From: an uncultured Ferruginibacter sp.
GTDB taxonomy: Bacteria; Bacteroidota; Bacteroidia; Chitinophagales; Chitinophagaceae
Reading direction: 5' to 3'
Length of the DNA stretch: 64,000 nucleotides
Assembly (NCBI GenBank): GCA_964439615.1
Contig: CAYTQB010000003.1
Coordinates: forward strand, 21,453 to 85,452
The stretch's first letter is position 1. The number at the start of each line of letters is the position of its first letter. Under the pieces are notes generated by a model. It ran no database searches and was not told the DNA's origin. It saw only the letters and a list, made by a program, of their open reading frames with translations. The translations under genes were made by a program, and so were the position numbers. This document shows, piece after piece, positions 47,837-57,541 of the stretch.

Positions 47837-49030
47837 TTAAAGAAATTTCAGATAATCGTATTGTTTTCCGAGTATGGTCTTATCATCGGCACTAAGCCAT
47901 TTATTTAACACCGTAGCATATACATTTTTGAAGTCAACTTTGTGTTTCAGGTCACCCTCATTAAGATCAGCGAGATCTGGCATTGCATTCAAAATTCCTT
48001 TTTCCTTCAATCCACCACTGATAAAGAACATATTGTTTGCTGTTCCGTGATCGGTTCCGCCGCTTGCATTCTGGGATACCCTTCTGCCAAATTCACTGAA
48101 GGTCATCATCAGAACATCCTGGAAACGGTTATTGGCTTTCAGGTCGGCAATAAATGATTTTACGGCGTCATTCAGTTCTGTAAATAATCTTTTCTGCTGG
48201 TTGTCCTGGTTCACATGCGTATCAAAACTTCCCAGGCTTACATAATACACTTTGGTATTGATGTCGGAGAAGATAAGCGAAGCAATGGTCTTCAGGTCTT
48301 TCCCAAGTTCGGTATTAGGGTAGGTTTGTGATGAGGGATGAACCCGGCTTTGCTGATAAATATAATCAGCGCTGCTGAGTGTTGCACTCATGGTTTTGTA
48401 CAAATAGTCAATAGTTTCTTCCCCGTGCTGATGGTCGCTGTTCACATCTTTAAAATACTTTCCATTGCTGCTGTTGAATAATTTTTTAGGGTCCTTGAAT
48501 GCAAGGCCTTTATTCTCTTCTCCTTTTAATGCAAGACTTAATACATCATCCAGTTCCATAGCCTGGGTGGGTTTATCGCATCCTTTGCATTGAGCATCCA
48601 AATAGCGGCCAACCCAGCCTGTATTTATATATTCATTACTGTTGCTGGCGCTGTGCCAGATATCCATACTGCGGAAATGAGAACGGTCGGGGTTGGGATA
48701 CCCCACGCTGTTCAGTATGGACAGGTTTCCTTCATCATACAAACCTTTGAACGTTTCCAATGCCGGATTCAATGCTGTTTCATCGGTAAGCAACAAAGAT
48801 TTTTCCTTCGTAATCCCAAGCTTGGGCCTTTCCTTGTAATAAATATCATTACGCACAGGTATTACGGTGTTCAAACCGTCATTACCTCCGCTAAATTGAA
48901 TTACCACCACTACTTTATTACCGGGTGGCACCATCATCGGTCTTTCAAATGCCTTTAAGAATTTAGGCAGCATGAATGATGCCGTGGCCAATGAACCTAC
49001 TTGTAAAAATTCTTTGCGCTTAATAAGCAT
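47837..49030 (-). CDS. DUF1501 family protein with a Tat-like signal
   Basis: KRKEFL signal, GGNDGLNT, DRSHF, GSFDTH, FSEFGRR and GTDHG motifs. Confidence 0.9.
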   Translation of the reverse strand: MLIKRKEFLQVGSLATASFMLPKFLKAFERPMMVPPGNKVVVVIQFSGGNDGLNTVIPVRNDIYYKERPKLGITKEKSLLLTDETALNPALETFKGLYDEGNLSILNSVGYPNPDRSHFRSMDIWHSASNSNEYINTGWVGRYLDAQCKGCDKPTQAMELDDVLSLALKGEENKGLAFKDPKKLFNSSNGKYFKDVNSDHQHGEETIDYLYKTMSATLSSADYIYQQSRVHPSSQTYPNTELGKDLKTIASLIFSDINTKVYYVSLGSFDTHVNQDNQQKRLFTELNDAVKSFIADLKANNRFQDVLMMTFSEFGRRVSQNASGGTDHGTANNMFFISGGLKEKGILNAMPDLADLNEGDLKHKVDFKNVYATVLNKWLSADDKTILGKQYDYLKFL

Positions 49031-49041
49031 AATTTTTTATT

Positions 49042-49105
49042 TTGAATGTTGAATTATAAATGTTGAATAAGGCCTTCATTCAACATTCATCATTTATCAT
49101 TTAAC
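49042..49105. repeat. Inverted array of 7-nt units (TTGAATG / CATTCAA)
   Basis: Left ttgaatg-ttgaatt-ataaatg-ttgaata; right attcaac-attcatc-atttatc-atttaac. Confidence 0.8.
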
Positions 49106-50552
49106 ATAGTTGGTATTCCGGTGTACTCATCAGATTTACGATAGCGCTTTTTATATAGTTTTCCCTGTTCTCTGTATTCAGGTATTTCTCCAGCACTTTA
49201 TTACTTACCTGGCTTTTTGTTTGTAAGACCGTTGCTGATACATTCTCTAACAATTTTTCCCGTTGAACCTTCTCAAAAATTTTATTTACTACCGGCCATT
49301 CAATAGTGGCTGTACCACCTTTCACCGCTTCTTTCATTCTTTTTACATTGGCTTCCATCATTTGCCCCATCATTACATCATCATCGGCTTTGGGACGAAT
49401 GTCGGGCATCTCGTTTGCTGTAAGTATTTGAGGAATACGTAAACGCAACATCAGCGAACTGCTGTCTATCCAGCTCTTCCCCCCGGGCCAGCCCGCAACA
49501 TTGGGCGGAAAGAACAGTACCTGGCCCAAGGTGCGTTGAAACAATAATTGCGCCTGGTCATTTTCCATTTGCATAGGCAGTAACCTTCTTATGCCAACCA
49601 ATAATTCTACCGGGGATTTTATTTTAGTGCCCATATTTTTTTCAGCATAAAACCAGTCGCTGGTATATATATCTTCCAGCAGTTTTTTTATCTCGTAGCC
49701 GTTTTGATAAAAGCGGTTGCTTAACCATTCCACTTTCGCCTCATCAATCGTATCGTTTACAAAATATTTGTACAGTTTCTTTGTGATAAACCTGGCCGTT
49801 TGTTTTTGCTCTGTCAAAAGTTTAATGATCTCATCTCCGTCGAAATTTCCTGTTTTACCTAATACGGTTTTATTGCCATTATCATGCTGGTTAGGCCTGA
49901 AAACAAATTCGCCACGTGGATTAAAGCCCCAGCCCGTAAATGCCCTTGCTGCTTCCTTTACATCATTTTCGGTGTAATTTCCACGGCCCATGGTAAAAAG
50001 TTCCATCACTTCCCGGGCAAAATTTTCATTGGGGTGCTGTTTCCTGTTTTGCTGGTTATTCAGGAATTGGAGCATGGCCGGGCTTTTGCTCACAGCCATT
50101 AACATGTCTTTGAAGTTACCCAATGCATTCTCCCTGATCACATGCAATAACTCCTGCTGAAAATAACTGTTGTTAACACGGCAGGCAAAATGCCCATGCC
50201 AGAACAGGCTCATTTTTTCCCTCAACTGCGATTGACTGTTAACCATTTTATCAAGCCACGCAATGTTCAGTTTTTTCAATCCCTCCCTTGACATATCCTG
50301 TATTTCCTTTCGCTGCTCCCTGGTTAATTCGGATCTTTTCATGCCATCCATCTCTTTTGCCCCGGCGAAATAAGTATCGATCAGGTTTTGAGATACATTC
50401 ATCTTCTCAGGCATCTTTTCCGAGGTCTTTACCAAAAGCTCCCATAATTTTTTCTGTGAAATAGTATCAAGTGATTCAGCATTTTCGGCCATGGGGCCAA
50501 ATGCAGCACGCCACAATAAATGCTGATTTTTTAAACGATTGGATGCCGGCAT
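49101..50552 (-). CDS. DUF1800 family protein
   Basis: HLLWRAAFGP, LFWHGHFA, PNENFAREVMELFTMG, ARAFTGW and PPNVAGW motifs. Confidence 0.92.
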   Translation of the reverse strand: MPASNRLKNQHLLWRAAFGPMAENAESLDTISQKKLWELLVKTSEKMPEKMNVSQNLIDTYFAGAKEMDGMKRSELTREQRKEIQDMSREGLKKLNIAWLDKMVNSQSQLREKMSLFWHGHFACRVNNSYFQQELLHVIRENALGNFKDMLMAVSKSPAMLQFLNNQQNRKQHPNENFAREVMELFTMGRGNYTENDVKEAARAFTGWGFNPRGEFVFRPNQHDNGNKTVLGKTGNFDGDEIIKLLTEQKQTARFITKKLYKYFVNDTIDEAKVEWLSNRFYQNGYEIKKLLEDIYTSDWFYAEKNMGTKIKSPVELLVGIRRLLPMQMENDQAQLLFQRTLGQVLFFPPNVAGWPGGKSWIDSSSLMLRLRIPQILTANEMPDIRPKADDDVMMGQMMEANVKRMKEAVKGGTATIEWPVVNKIFEKVQREKLLENVSATVLQTKSQVSNKVLEKYLNTENRENYIKSAIVNLMSTPEYQLC

Positions 50553-50591
50553 AACAGTGAAGTTATTTTATGAAGGTCAACAAAACCGGTA

Positions 50592-50620
50592 TAAGACCAG
50601 TGTTATGACTCAAGGTTTAA
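50592..50620 (-). promoter_or_regulatory. Candidate ECF-sigma promoter before DUF1800
   Basis: TTAAACCT-N16-TCTTAT, identical boxes and spacing to the site before the ECF sigma gene. Confidence 0.65.
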
Positions 50621-50652
50621 TACCTAAAGTTACTATTATGGCAATAAACCTA

Positions 50653-50682
50653 AAAAGGGCCTGTAGGTTTACAGGCCCTTTT
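50653..50682. terminator. Bidirectional terminator after the cytochrome c gene
   Basis: AAAAGGGCCTGTA-ggtt-TACAGGCCCTTTT. Confidence 0.85.
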
Positions 50683-50735
50683 AATGATTTTATTTGACGA
50701 ATCTGGGGGAATAGAATTGAAAATGACAGGGTAAA

Positions 50736-51167
50736 CTATCCTTTTTTTGAATTTGCTTTTACGTAAGCATATACATTGTCTTTTTCTGCGTCGGTCAGCT
50801 TGGCCCTTGGCGCCATTACGGCGAGGATACTTGCCCACCTGTCGGCCGTATAATCAGTAGTAACTTTTAAACCATGACATTTCCCGCATTTGGCATTATA
50901 CGTTGCCTGGCCGGCAATTGCTGCGTTAGTTTCAGGATTGCTTGTACCTGTTGGGGCAACTTTTGTTCCGGTTGCACCTGTATTTTCGATAGGCGCCTGC
51001 GTTGTTGTTGAAGTAGTTGCTTTGCCTGGGTCGGTTGCAACAGGCCTGGTTTGTCCAATCACAGACCCTGTGTTGGTTGCAGGTGTTTCAGACTGCGTTG
51101 GCGTGACTTTTTTTGCACAACCCCAAACCAGTATTATTGTAGCTAAAATGGTAAACGTTTTTTTCAT
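50736..51167 (-). CDS. Monoheme c-type cytochrome lipoprotein
   Basis: Lipobox VWG-C, Thr/Pro-rich linker, CGKCH haem motif, distal Met (VMAP). Confidence 0.85.
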   Translation of the reverse strand: MKKTFTILATIILVWGCAKKVTPTQSETPATNTGSVIGQTRPVATDPGKATTSTTTQAPIENTGATGTKVAPTGTSNPETNAAIAGQATYNAKCGKCHGLKVTTDYTADRWASILAVMAPRAKLTDAEKDNVYAYVKANSKKG

Positions 51168-51241
51168 GTTTGTTATAATTTTTTACGAATGATAAATATA
51201 GCGACTTTAAACAAACCAAGGTCGCAACAAAATTTAAAAAA

Positions 51242-52513
51242 TTAGTTAATGCTGGTTTGACCGAAGTATTTGTGAAGTACCGCAGGCAGGTTTATCGTCT
51301 TATCTGACTGGTTATTTTCCAGCAGGCAGGCAACGATCCTCGGCAATGCAAGGGAAGATCCGTTCAACGAATGCAGTAGTTGTGTTTTATTATCCCCGTC
51401 TTTAAATCTTATCTTCATCCTGTTGGTTTGAAAGGTTTCAAAATTACTTACCGAACTTACCTCCAGCCATTTTTGTTGTGCAGCGCTATACACTTCAAAA
51501 TCGTAAGTGAGTGCAGAGGCAAAGCCCATATCGCCGCCGCAAAGTCTTAATATCCGGTAAGGCAGTTCAAGTGAGTTCAATAATTTTTCTACATGGTTCA
51601 CCATTTCTTCCAACACATTATAACTCTTATCCGGGTGAACTATCTGAACAATTTCAACCTTATCGAACTGGTGTACCCTGTTCAAACCCCTCACATCGGC
51701 TCCAAAACTTCCTGCCTCCCTTCTGAAACATGGAGTGAAGGCCGTCATTTTTACGGGCAGGTCATTTTCTTTTAAAATTTCATCCCGATAAATATTGGTC
51801 AGTGGTACTTCGGAAGTTGGTATCAAATAAAAATTATCTTCTGCTGCATGGTACATCTGTCCTTCTTTATCCGGCAATTGTCCTGTTCCATATGCAGAAG
51901 CTGCATTCACCATCAGTGGCGGCAGGTATTCGGTATAACCTGCTGCTGTATTATAATCCAGAAAATACTGGATAAGTGCCCTTTGTAGTTTTGCACCCTG
52001 GCCTTTATATAATGGAAAGCCGCTTCCGGTTAATTTAGCGCCGGTTTCAAAATCAACAATGTCATATTTTTTTATGAGTTCCCAGTGCGGAACAGCCGAT
52101 GCAGGCAGTGAGGTTTTTTTACCCCCTTCCCTCACCACTTGATTTTCTTCAGGTGTTTTACCTTTTGGTACAGAACTATGAGGCAGGTTAGGTAGTTTTA
52201 CCAGTTCATCATGCAATGATATTTCAGCGTCTGTCAACTGCTGGTTCAGGCTTTGTAAATTAGTTTTATAGCCTGCAACTGCCTGTTTTTTATTTTCGGC
52301 AGCATCCTTTTCCCCCTTTCCCATCAACATCCCTATTTCTTTGCTGGCTGTATTAATGGCTGCTTGTAAGCTTTCAGTTTCGGTCTTTAGTTTTCTTACC
52401 TGTTCGTCTGTTTCCAGGATCTTATCGACCACAGACAGATCTCCAAAGTTCTTTAATGTCAATCTTTCTTTTACCAATGCGGTATTCTGCCTTATATAAC
52501 CGATCTGTAACAT
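51242..52513 (-). CDS. serS: Seryl-tRNA synthetase
   Basis: LIPTSEVP, CFRREAGS, RVHQFDKVE, EVSSVSN and SLNGSSLA motifs; TATCTTTG at 52533-52540. Confidence 0.98.
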   Translation of the reverse strand: MLQIGYIRQNTALVKERLTLKNFGDLSVVDKILETDEQVRKLKTETESLQAAINTASKEIGMLMGKGEKDAAENKKQAVAGYKTNLQSLNQQLTDAEISLHDELVKLPNLPHSSVPKGKTPEENQVVREGGKKTSLPASAVPHWELIKKYDIVDFETGAKLTGSGFPLYKGQGAKLQRALIQYFLDYNTAAGYTEYLPPLMVNAASAYGTGQLPDKEGQMYHAAEDNFYLIPTSEVPLTNIYRDEILKENDLPVKMTAFTPCFRREAGSFGADVRGLNRVHQFDKVEIVQIVHPDKSYNVLEEMVNHVEKLLNSLELPYRILRLCGGDMGFASALTYDFEVYSAAQQKWLEVSSVSNFETFQTNRMKIRFKDGDNKTQLLHSLNGSSLALPRIVACLLENNQSDKTINLPAVLHKYFGQTSIN

Positions 52514-52559
52514 GTGTCCTTAAAAATTTCGCCAAAGATACAGTTTTGAGCCAAGGATA

Positions 52560-52638
52560 GAACGCTGATCAGGCGGATAACGCTGATGATCGTTGGTTTA
52601 ATCCGTGATCATCGGCTTAATCTGTGTCATCCGTGTTC
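52560..52638. repeat. Imperfect inverted array of ~9-nt units (ACGCTGAT/ACACGGAT family)
   Basis: gaacgctgatcaggcggataacgctgatgatc versus gatcatcggcttaatctgtgtcatccgtgttc, between divergent promoters. Confidence 0.65.
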
Positions 52639-52650
52639 TATATTTGCAGG

Positions 52651-53004
52651 ATGCAACAGGCAAAAGACGATCTTCAGGTAAGGTGGCTTAAATTACGCAT
52701 CAGGTTAAAAGAACAGTTTGGTATTAAACCCGATGTGGATGGTATACTTTTTTTGATCGGCATACAGGAACTGGGTAGCGGTAAACAGGATTTTACCAAG
52801 GAAGAGAAGCAGGACCTGATGCATATTGCAGTTTGTACCGTACTTTCGCCAAGCGGTTATTATATACTGGAAGGCAATGACGAGGAAGGCTGGCCGCATT
52901 TTAAACAGCTTAAACCCTTACCGGAATTTATGCTGGTAGAACAGGAAAATTTTTTAAAGGACCATATTTTATTATATTTTCAAAACCAGGATTTTATTGA
53001 CTAA
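52651..53004 (+). CDS. Conserved hypothetical protein (likely start ATG 52651)
   Basis: FLIGIQELG, EKQDLMHIAVC and DEEGWPHF motifs; TATATTTG at 52639-52646. Confidence 0.8.
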   Translation: MQQAKDDLQVRWLKLRIRLKEQFGIKPDVDGILFLIGIQELGSGKQDFTKEEKQDLMHIAVCTVLSPSGYYILEGNDEEGWPHFKQLKPLPEFMLVEQENFLKDHILLYFQNQDFID

Positions 53005-53014
53005 TTATTTACTT

Positions 53015-53761
53015 ATGAAGAAGTTTAGTGTTTTTATTTCTGTATTGCTGATGATGTTTCTTACGGTTAGTGTACATGCCCAGAAAAAACCCGTAACCAA
53101 AAAGGCGCCGGTAAAGAAAGCTGCAGCCAAAAAACCAGTTGTAAAAAAAGTGGCCAATGCCCCAAAACTGATAAGGGTTCCTGGCACAAGGGTTAAAATA
53201 ACAACCGACTCAGGTGTTATTGTTATCCGGCTGTATGACAAGACACCTAAACACCGGGATAATTTTATCAAATTAGCCAATGAACATTTTTTCGACAGCC
53301 TTCTGTTTCACCGGGTGATCAGTGAATTTATGATACAGGGTGGCGATCCGCTCAGCAAAAATGCACCTCCTGGCACCATGTTAGGCAGTGGGGATGTTGG
53401 CTATACCATTCCTGCTGAATTTGACACTTCTTTATTCCATAAAAAAGGAGCGCTTGCTGCAGCCCGTACCAACAACCCCGAAAAAGCCAGTAGTGGTTGC
53501 CAGTTTTATATTGTACAGGGAAAGAAATACAGCGATGGCGACCTGAATATGATTGAAATGCAGACCGGTATAAAATTCTCACCTGCAAAAAAGAATATTT
53601 ATAAAACCATAGGTGGAACGCCCTTCCTGGATATGAACTATACCGTATTTGGAGAAGTGGAGAGTGGCCTGGAGGTTATTGACAAAATCGCTTCGGTACA
53701 AAAAGGAATGGGTGACAGGCCTGTTGGCGACGTACGCATGTATATAGAAGTAATCAAATAG
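53015..53761 (+). CDS. Cyclophilin-type peptidyl-prolyl isomerase, exported (likely start ATG 53015)
   Basis: TPKHRDNF, FHRVISEFMIQGGD, GCQFYIVQG and YTVFGEV motifs; signal peptide plus K/A/P-rich linker. Confidence 0.93.
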   Translation: MKKFSVFISVLLMMFLTVSVHAQKKPVTKKAPVKKAAAKKPVVKKVANAPKLIRVPGTRVKITTDSGVIVIRLYDKTPKHRDNFIKLANEHFFDSLLFHRVISEFMIQGGDPLSKNAPPGTMLGSGDVGYTIPAEFDTSLFHKKGALAAARTNNPEKASSGCQFYIVQGKKYSDGDLNMIEMQTGIKFSPAKKNIYKTIGGTPFLDMNYTVFGEVESGLEVIDKIASVQKGMGDRPVGDVRMYIEVIK

Positions 53762-53816
53762 TTCAGCAGTAAAAACCTTATTTTGCACCCGATTTAAAAA
53801 CTTCAAATTATATAAA

Positions 53817-54194
53817 ATGAATTTTCCTGATAATCTCCGTTACACCAAAGATCATGAATGGATATCACTGAATGGCAATGTTGCCACTATCGGCATTACC
53901 GATTTTGCCCAGCGTGAATTGGGTGATATTGTTTATATCGATATCAACGCAAAAGGCAAGGCGCTAAGCGCTGAAGAAGTGTTTGGTACCGTAGAAGCAG
54001 TTAAAACAGTGAGTGACCTTTTTCTGCCTGTAGCCGGAACCATTACCGAAATAAATCCATTACTGGATTCAAAACCTGAGTTGGTGAACAGCGACCCCTA
54101 TGGAGATGGCTGGATGGTAAAAATGACGGTGAATAATCCTGCTGATGTTGAAAGCCTGATGAATGCAGAAGCATACGCCGCTTCTGTAGGATAG
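53817..54194 (+). CDS. gcvH: Glycine cleavage system H protein
   Basis: HEWI, GITDFAQ and EAVKTVS (lipoyl-Lys) motifs. Confidence 0.97.
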   Translation: MNFPDNLRYTKDHEWISLNGNVATIGITDFAQRELGDIVYIDINAKGKALSAEEVFGTVEAVKTVSDLFLPVAGTITEINPLLDSKPELVNSDPYGDGWMVKMTVNNPADVESLMNAEAYAASVG

Positions 54195-54209
54195 TTATTA
54201 CATTATGCC

Positions 54210-54644
54210 ATGAATAATAAGCAAGCTCAGGGTACGGGGATGCACATTTCAAAATTTTATCCAGGCATAGCCTGGTTTTTTCTTGTATTAACTGCAATTT
54301 GTATCCCCGGGTATGATCTGCCCAAAGTTGATGAGTGGTTCATTGAGGTGAATTTTGATAAACTGATACATGTTGGTTTATTTGCCGTGCTGGCCTACCT
54401 GTTCATGCTGCCAATTATAAAATCCTCTTTACCACAAAAAGAAAAACGGAACTACCTGGTTAAGATAGCTATAGCCACCATTCTCTGGGGCATCACTACA
54501 GAATTCATTCAAAAATTCTTTATCCCCGGCAGGAGCTTTACCCTTGGTGATTGGGTGGCCGATGGTTTAGGTGGTATAGTTGCATTATTCTATGGCCGCT
54601 GGCGCTTGTCAAAAATGAAAGGTTCTTCCCCAATTAAAAGCTGA
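54210..54644 (+). CDS. VanZ family membrane protein (start may be ATG 54240)
   Basis: DKLIHVGLF, TEFIQ, PGRSF and DWVADGLG motifs. Confidence 0.88.
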   Translation: MNNKQAQGTGMHISKFYPGIAWFFLVLTAICIPGYDLPKVDEWFIEVNFDKLIHVGLFAVLAYLFMLPIIKSSLPQKEKRNYLVKIAIATILWGITTEFIQKFFIPGRSFTLGDWVADGLGGIVALFYGRWRLSKMKGSSPIKS

Positions 54645-54723
54645 AAGCCCTGTGGGGTGGGGTTAGCTTGTTTCAACGGCTTTTAGTCCGTACATTTGTA
54701 AATACGCAAAACATAAAAATAAC

Positions 54724-55443
54724 ATGGAGTACAATACCACCAGGAACCATTTGATCATGAGGGAATATGGAAGGCATATCCAGAAAATGGTAGAATACCT
54801 CTTAACAATAAAAGACAAAGAAGAAAGACAACGTAATGCCCAGGCTGCTATTGAACTGATGGGTTTCTTAAATCCGCATTTGAAAAACGTAGAAGATTTT
54901 CGCCATAAGTTATGGGATCACCTTTTCCTCATCAGCGATTTTACCCTCGAAGTAGATAGCCCTTATCCCATCCCTACAAGGGAAACATTAAAAGCAAGGC
55001 CCGAACGCCTCCGCTATCCAAAAAAATATCCCAAGTTCAACCACCTGGGAAAAAATATTGAAGTGGTGATCGACAAAGCATTGAAAGAAGAGAATCCCGA
55101 AAAGAAACAGGGCTTCGCCAATGCCATTGCCTATTACATGAAACTTACTTACAGTAACTGGCATAAGGAGCTGGTGCATGATGATAATATCCAGACTGAA
55201 TTGTCGGACATGACCAATGGCGAACTGGAATTTAACAACCGGCCTTTTGTAAAACACCGTGTTGATACCCGTGATGAAAGAGATGATTACGGAAAGCGCA
55301 GTGGTGGTAATTACCGCAAAAATTTTGGAGGCAGAAGTAATTCCGGTGGCGGAAGGGATAACCGTGGCGGTGGCAGAGGCGGTAACCGTGGCGGTAATGG
55401 CGATAACAGGAACAATAACCGTAATTTTAAAAAGAGATATTGA
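54724..55443 (+). CDS. DUF4290 family protein with an RGG/N-rich tail
   Basis: EYGRHIQKM, HKLWDHL and FANAIAYYMK motifs; upstream of murA; TACATTTG at 54691-54698. Confidence 0.88.
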   Translation: MEYNTTRNHLIMREYGRHIQKMVEYLLTIKDKEERQRNAQAAIELMGFLNPHLKNVEDFRHKLWDHLFLISDFTLEVDSPYPIPTRETLKARPERLRYPKKYPKFNHLGKNIEVVIDKALKEENPEKKQGFANAIAYYMKLTYSNWHKELVHDDNIQTELSDMTNGELEFNNRPFVKHRVDTRDERDDYGKRSGGNYRKNFGGRSNSGGGRDNRGGGRGGNRGGNGDNRNNNRNFKKRY

Positions 55444-55446
55444 TAA

Positions 55447-55566
55447 ACACGAATTAGGCGAATTATACGAATTTAAAATACATACCTGGTGCCAAAGAAC
55501 ATCAGGTTTTTTATTTACGTTTGCCTGTCTAATTCGTGTAATTGGTGTAATCAGTTAAATTAGTGT
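55447..55566. repeat. Inverted array of 9-nt units (ACACGAATT / AATTCGTGT) enclosing a terminator hairpin
   Basis: Left acacgaatt-aggcgaatt-atacgaatt; right aattcgtgt-aattggtgt-aatcagtta-aattagtgt; inner ACCTGGTG/CATCAGGT+T (55484-55512). Confidence 0.75.
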
Positions 55567-56880
55567 ATGCAATCATTTGAGGTAAGCGGCGGAAAAAAAC
55601 TTTCAGGAGAAATTACTCCCCAGGGTGCAAAGAACGAAGCCTTGCAGGTGATATCGGCAGTACTATTGAGCCCCGGAAAAATTACCATCAGCAATATTCC
55701 TGATATACTGGATGTAAACCTGCTGATAGAATTGCTGGGCGAAATGAAAGTGAAGATAAACAGGACAAGCAGAGATACCTGCAGTTTCCAGGCAGATGAC
55801 GTTGATATTGATTACCTGCATAGTGAGTCGTATCACAAAAAGAGTGGAAGATTAAGAGGTTCTGTAATGTTAGCCGGACCCATGCTTGCCAGGTTTAAAA
55901 AAGTATATATACCAAAACCCGGTGGTGATAAAATTGGCCGGCGCAGGTTAGATACCCATATCATAGGGTTTGAGAAATTAGGTGCAAAGTTTTCTTATGA
56001 TAGTGATGATGGATTCTTTCATCTGGAATCTGCAGGATTAAAGGGAACTAAGATTTTGCTGGATGAACCCAGCGTTACCGGCACTGCCAATATTTTAATG
56101 GCAGCTTCTATGGCAAGCGGCACAACCACCATCTACAATGCTGCCTGTGAACCCTATGTACAACAACTTTGCAAAATGCTTAACCGCATGGGAGCAAAGA
56201 TCAGCGGTATCGGCAGTAATATGCTTATCATTACCGGGGTTGATCATTTAGGCGGAACAGAGCATCGCATGTTACCCGATATGATTGAAGTAGGTTCCTT
56301 CATTGGTTTGGCCGCCATGACACAAAGTGATATTACTATCAGGAATGCAGGTGTTGAACATTTGGGTATCATCCCCGAAAAATTTCAACAACTCGGTATT
56401 CAACTGAATTGTAAAGGAGATGATATACATATTCCTGCACAGGAATTTTATGAAGTGCAGAAATATATGGATGGGGGTGTTTTGACTGTTTATGATCATC
56501 CCTGGCCGGGTTTTACACCCGACCTGTTGAGTATAGTTTTGGTAACCGCTATACAGGCAAAAGGAAGTGTATTGATACACCAGAAGATGTTTGAGAGTCG
56601 CTTGTTCTTTGTAGATAAACTGATCGACATGGGAGCCCAGATCATTCTCTGTGATCCTCATCGTGCAGTTGTTATTGGTTTGGAAAGAGAACAACATTTG
56701 CGTGGCATTACAATGAGTAGTCCCGATATACGTGCAGGAGTTGCTTTGCTTATTGCTGCATTAAGTGCACAGGGAAAAAGTGTCATCCAAAATATTGAGC
56801 AAATTGACAGGGGCTACCAGCATATTGATGAGCGCCTGAGGAACCTGGGAGCAGATATTAAACGGGTAATGAGCCTCTAA
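55567..56880 (+). CDS. murA: UDP-N-acetylglucosamine 1-carboxyvinyltransferase
   Basis: GAKNEAL, PGGDKIGRR (Asp in place of the catalytic Cys), PWPGFTPD and DIRAG motifs. Confidence 0.96.
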   Translation: MQSFEVSGGKKLSGEITPQGAKNEALQVISAVLLSPGKITISNIPDILDVNLLIELLGEMKVKINRTSRDTCSFQADDVDIDYLHSESYHKKSGRLRGSVMLAGPMLARFKKVYIPKPGGDKIGRRRLDTHIIGFEKLGAKFSYDSDDGFFHLESAGLKGTKILLDEPSVTGTANILMAASMASGTTTIYNAACEPYVQQLCKMLNRMGAKISGIGSNMLIITGVDHLGGTEHRMLPDMIEVGSFIGLAAMTQSDITIRNAGVEHLGIIPEKFQQLGIQLNCKGDDIHIPAQEFYEVQKYMDGGVLTVYDHPWPGFTPDLLSIVLVTAIQAKGSVLIHQKMFESRLFFVDKLIDMGAQIILCDPHRAVVIGLEREQHLRGITMSSPDIRAGVALLIAALSAQGKSVIQNIEQIDRGYQHIDERLRNLGADIKRVMSL

Positions 56881-56924
56881 AGTACAGGTAATTGCGCTTT
56901 GACTTGTTTTTCTTTTCTTTGCAC

Positions 56925-57500
56925 ATGGCTTCCATTCACCAGAAAATATTAATTATCACCGCTCCTTCAGGCGCAGGTAAAACGTCTATTACAAGATACC
57001 TGATGAAAGTTTTTCCCGTACTGGAATTTTCGGTATCTGCAGCAACACGTGCTGCAAGAGGTACTGAAAAAGACGGCGTGGATTATTATTTTATGAGTGA
57101 AGATGATTTCAAACAGAAGATACAGAACAAGGAATTTGCTGAATGGGAAATGGTGTATGAGGGAAAATATTATGGCACATTAAAATTTGAATTGAAAAGA
57201 ATATGGGCGCTCAACAAGATCCCTGTATTGGATATTGATGTGAAAGGAGCCATACACATACAACAGCAATATCCTGAGAATACACTCAGTCTTTTTGTAG
57301 AGCCTCCGTCGGTAGATGAATTGAAGAAGCGACTCCTCAGCCGTGGCACCGAAACGGAAGAATCATTAGCCGCACGGGTAAATAAAGCCACCTATGAAAT
57401 TTCTTTCAAAGAACACTTCAATAAAAGCGTGGTAAATGACAACCTGGTACGTGCCTGCGCCGAAGCCGAAAAAATTGTGGGTGATTTTATCAGCCAGTAA
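56925..57500 (+). CDS. gmk: Guanylate kinase (likely start ATG 56925)
   Basis: APSGAGKT, SVSAATR, DGVDYYF and DIDVKGA motifs. Confidence 0.96.
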   Translation: MASIHQKILIITAPSGAGKTSITRYLMKVFPVLEFSVSAATRAARGTEKDGVDYYFMSEDDFKQKIQNKEFAEWEMVYEGKYYGTLKFELKRIWALNKIPVLDIDVKGAIHIQQQYPENTLSLFVEPPSVDELKKRLLSRGTETEESLAARVNKATYEISFKEHFNKSVVNDNLVRACAEAEKIVGDFISQ

Positions 57501-57541
57501 CCCCAAAAAACAGGTTTAAAAACTCTTTCTTATTTTTAGGT

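Noticed and set aside
55330-55440. Direct repeats (TAACCGTGGCGG) at the end of DUF4290
   Set aside because: They simply encode the low-complexity NRGG protein tail.
55921-55945. MurA with Asp in place of the fosfomycin-target Cys (PGGDKIGRR)
   Set aside because: Real, but a known natural variant that I recall as usual in Bacteroidota, so not novel.
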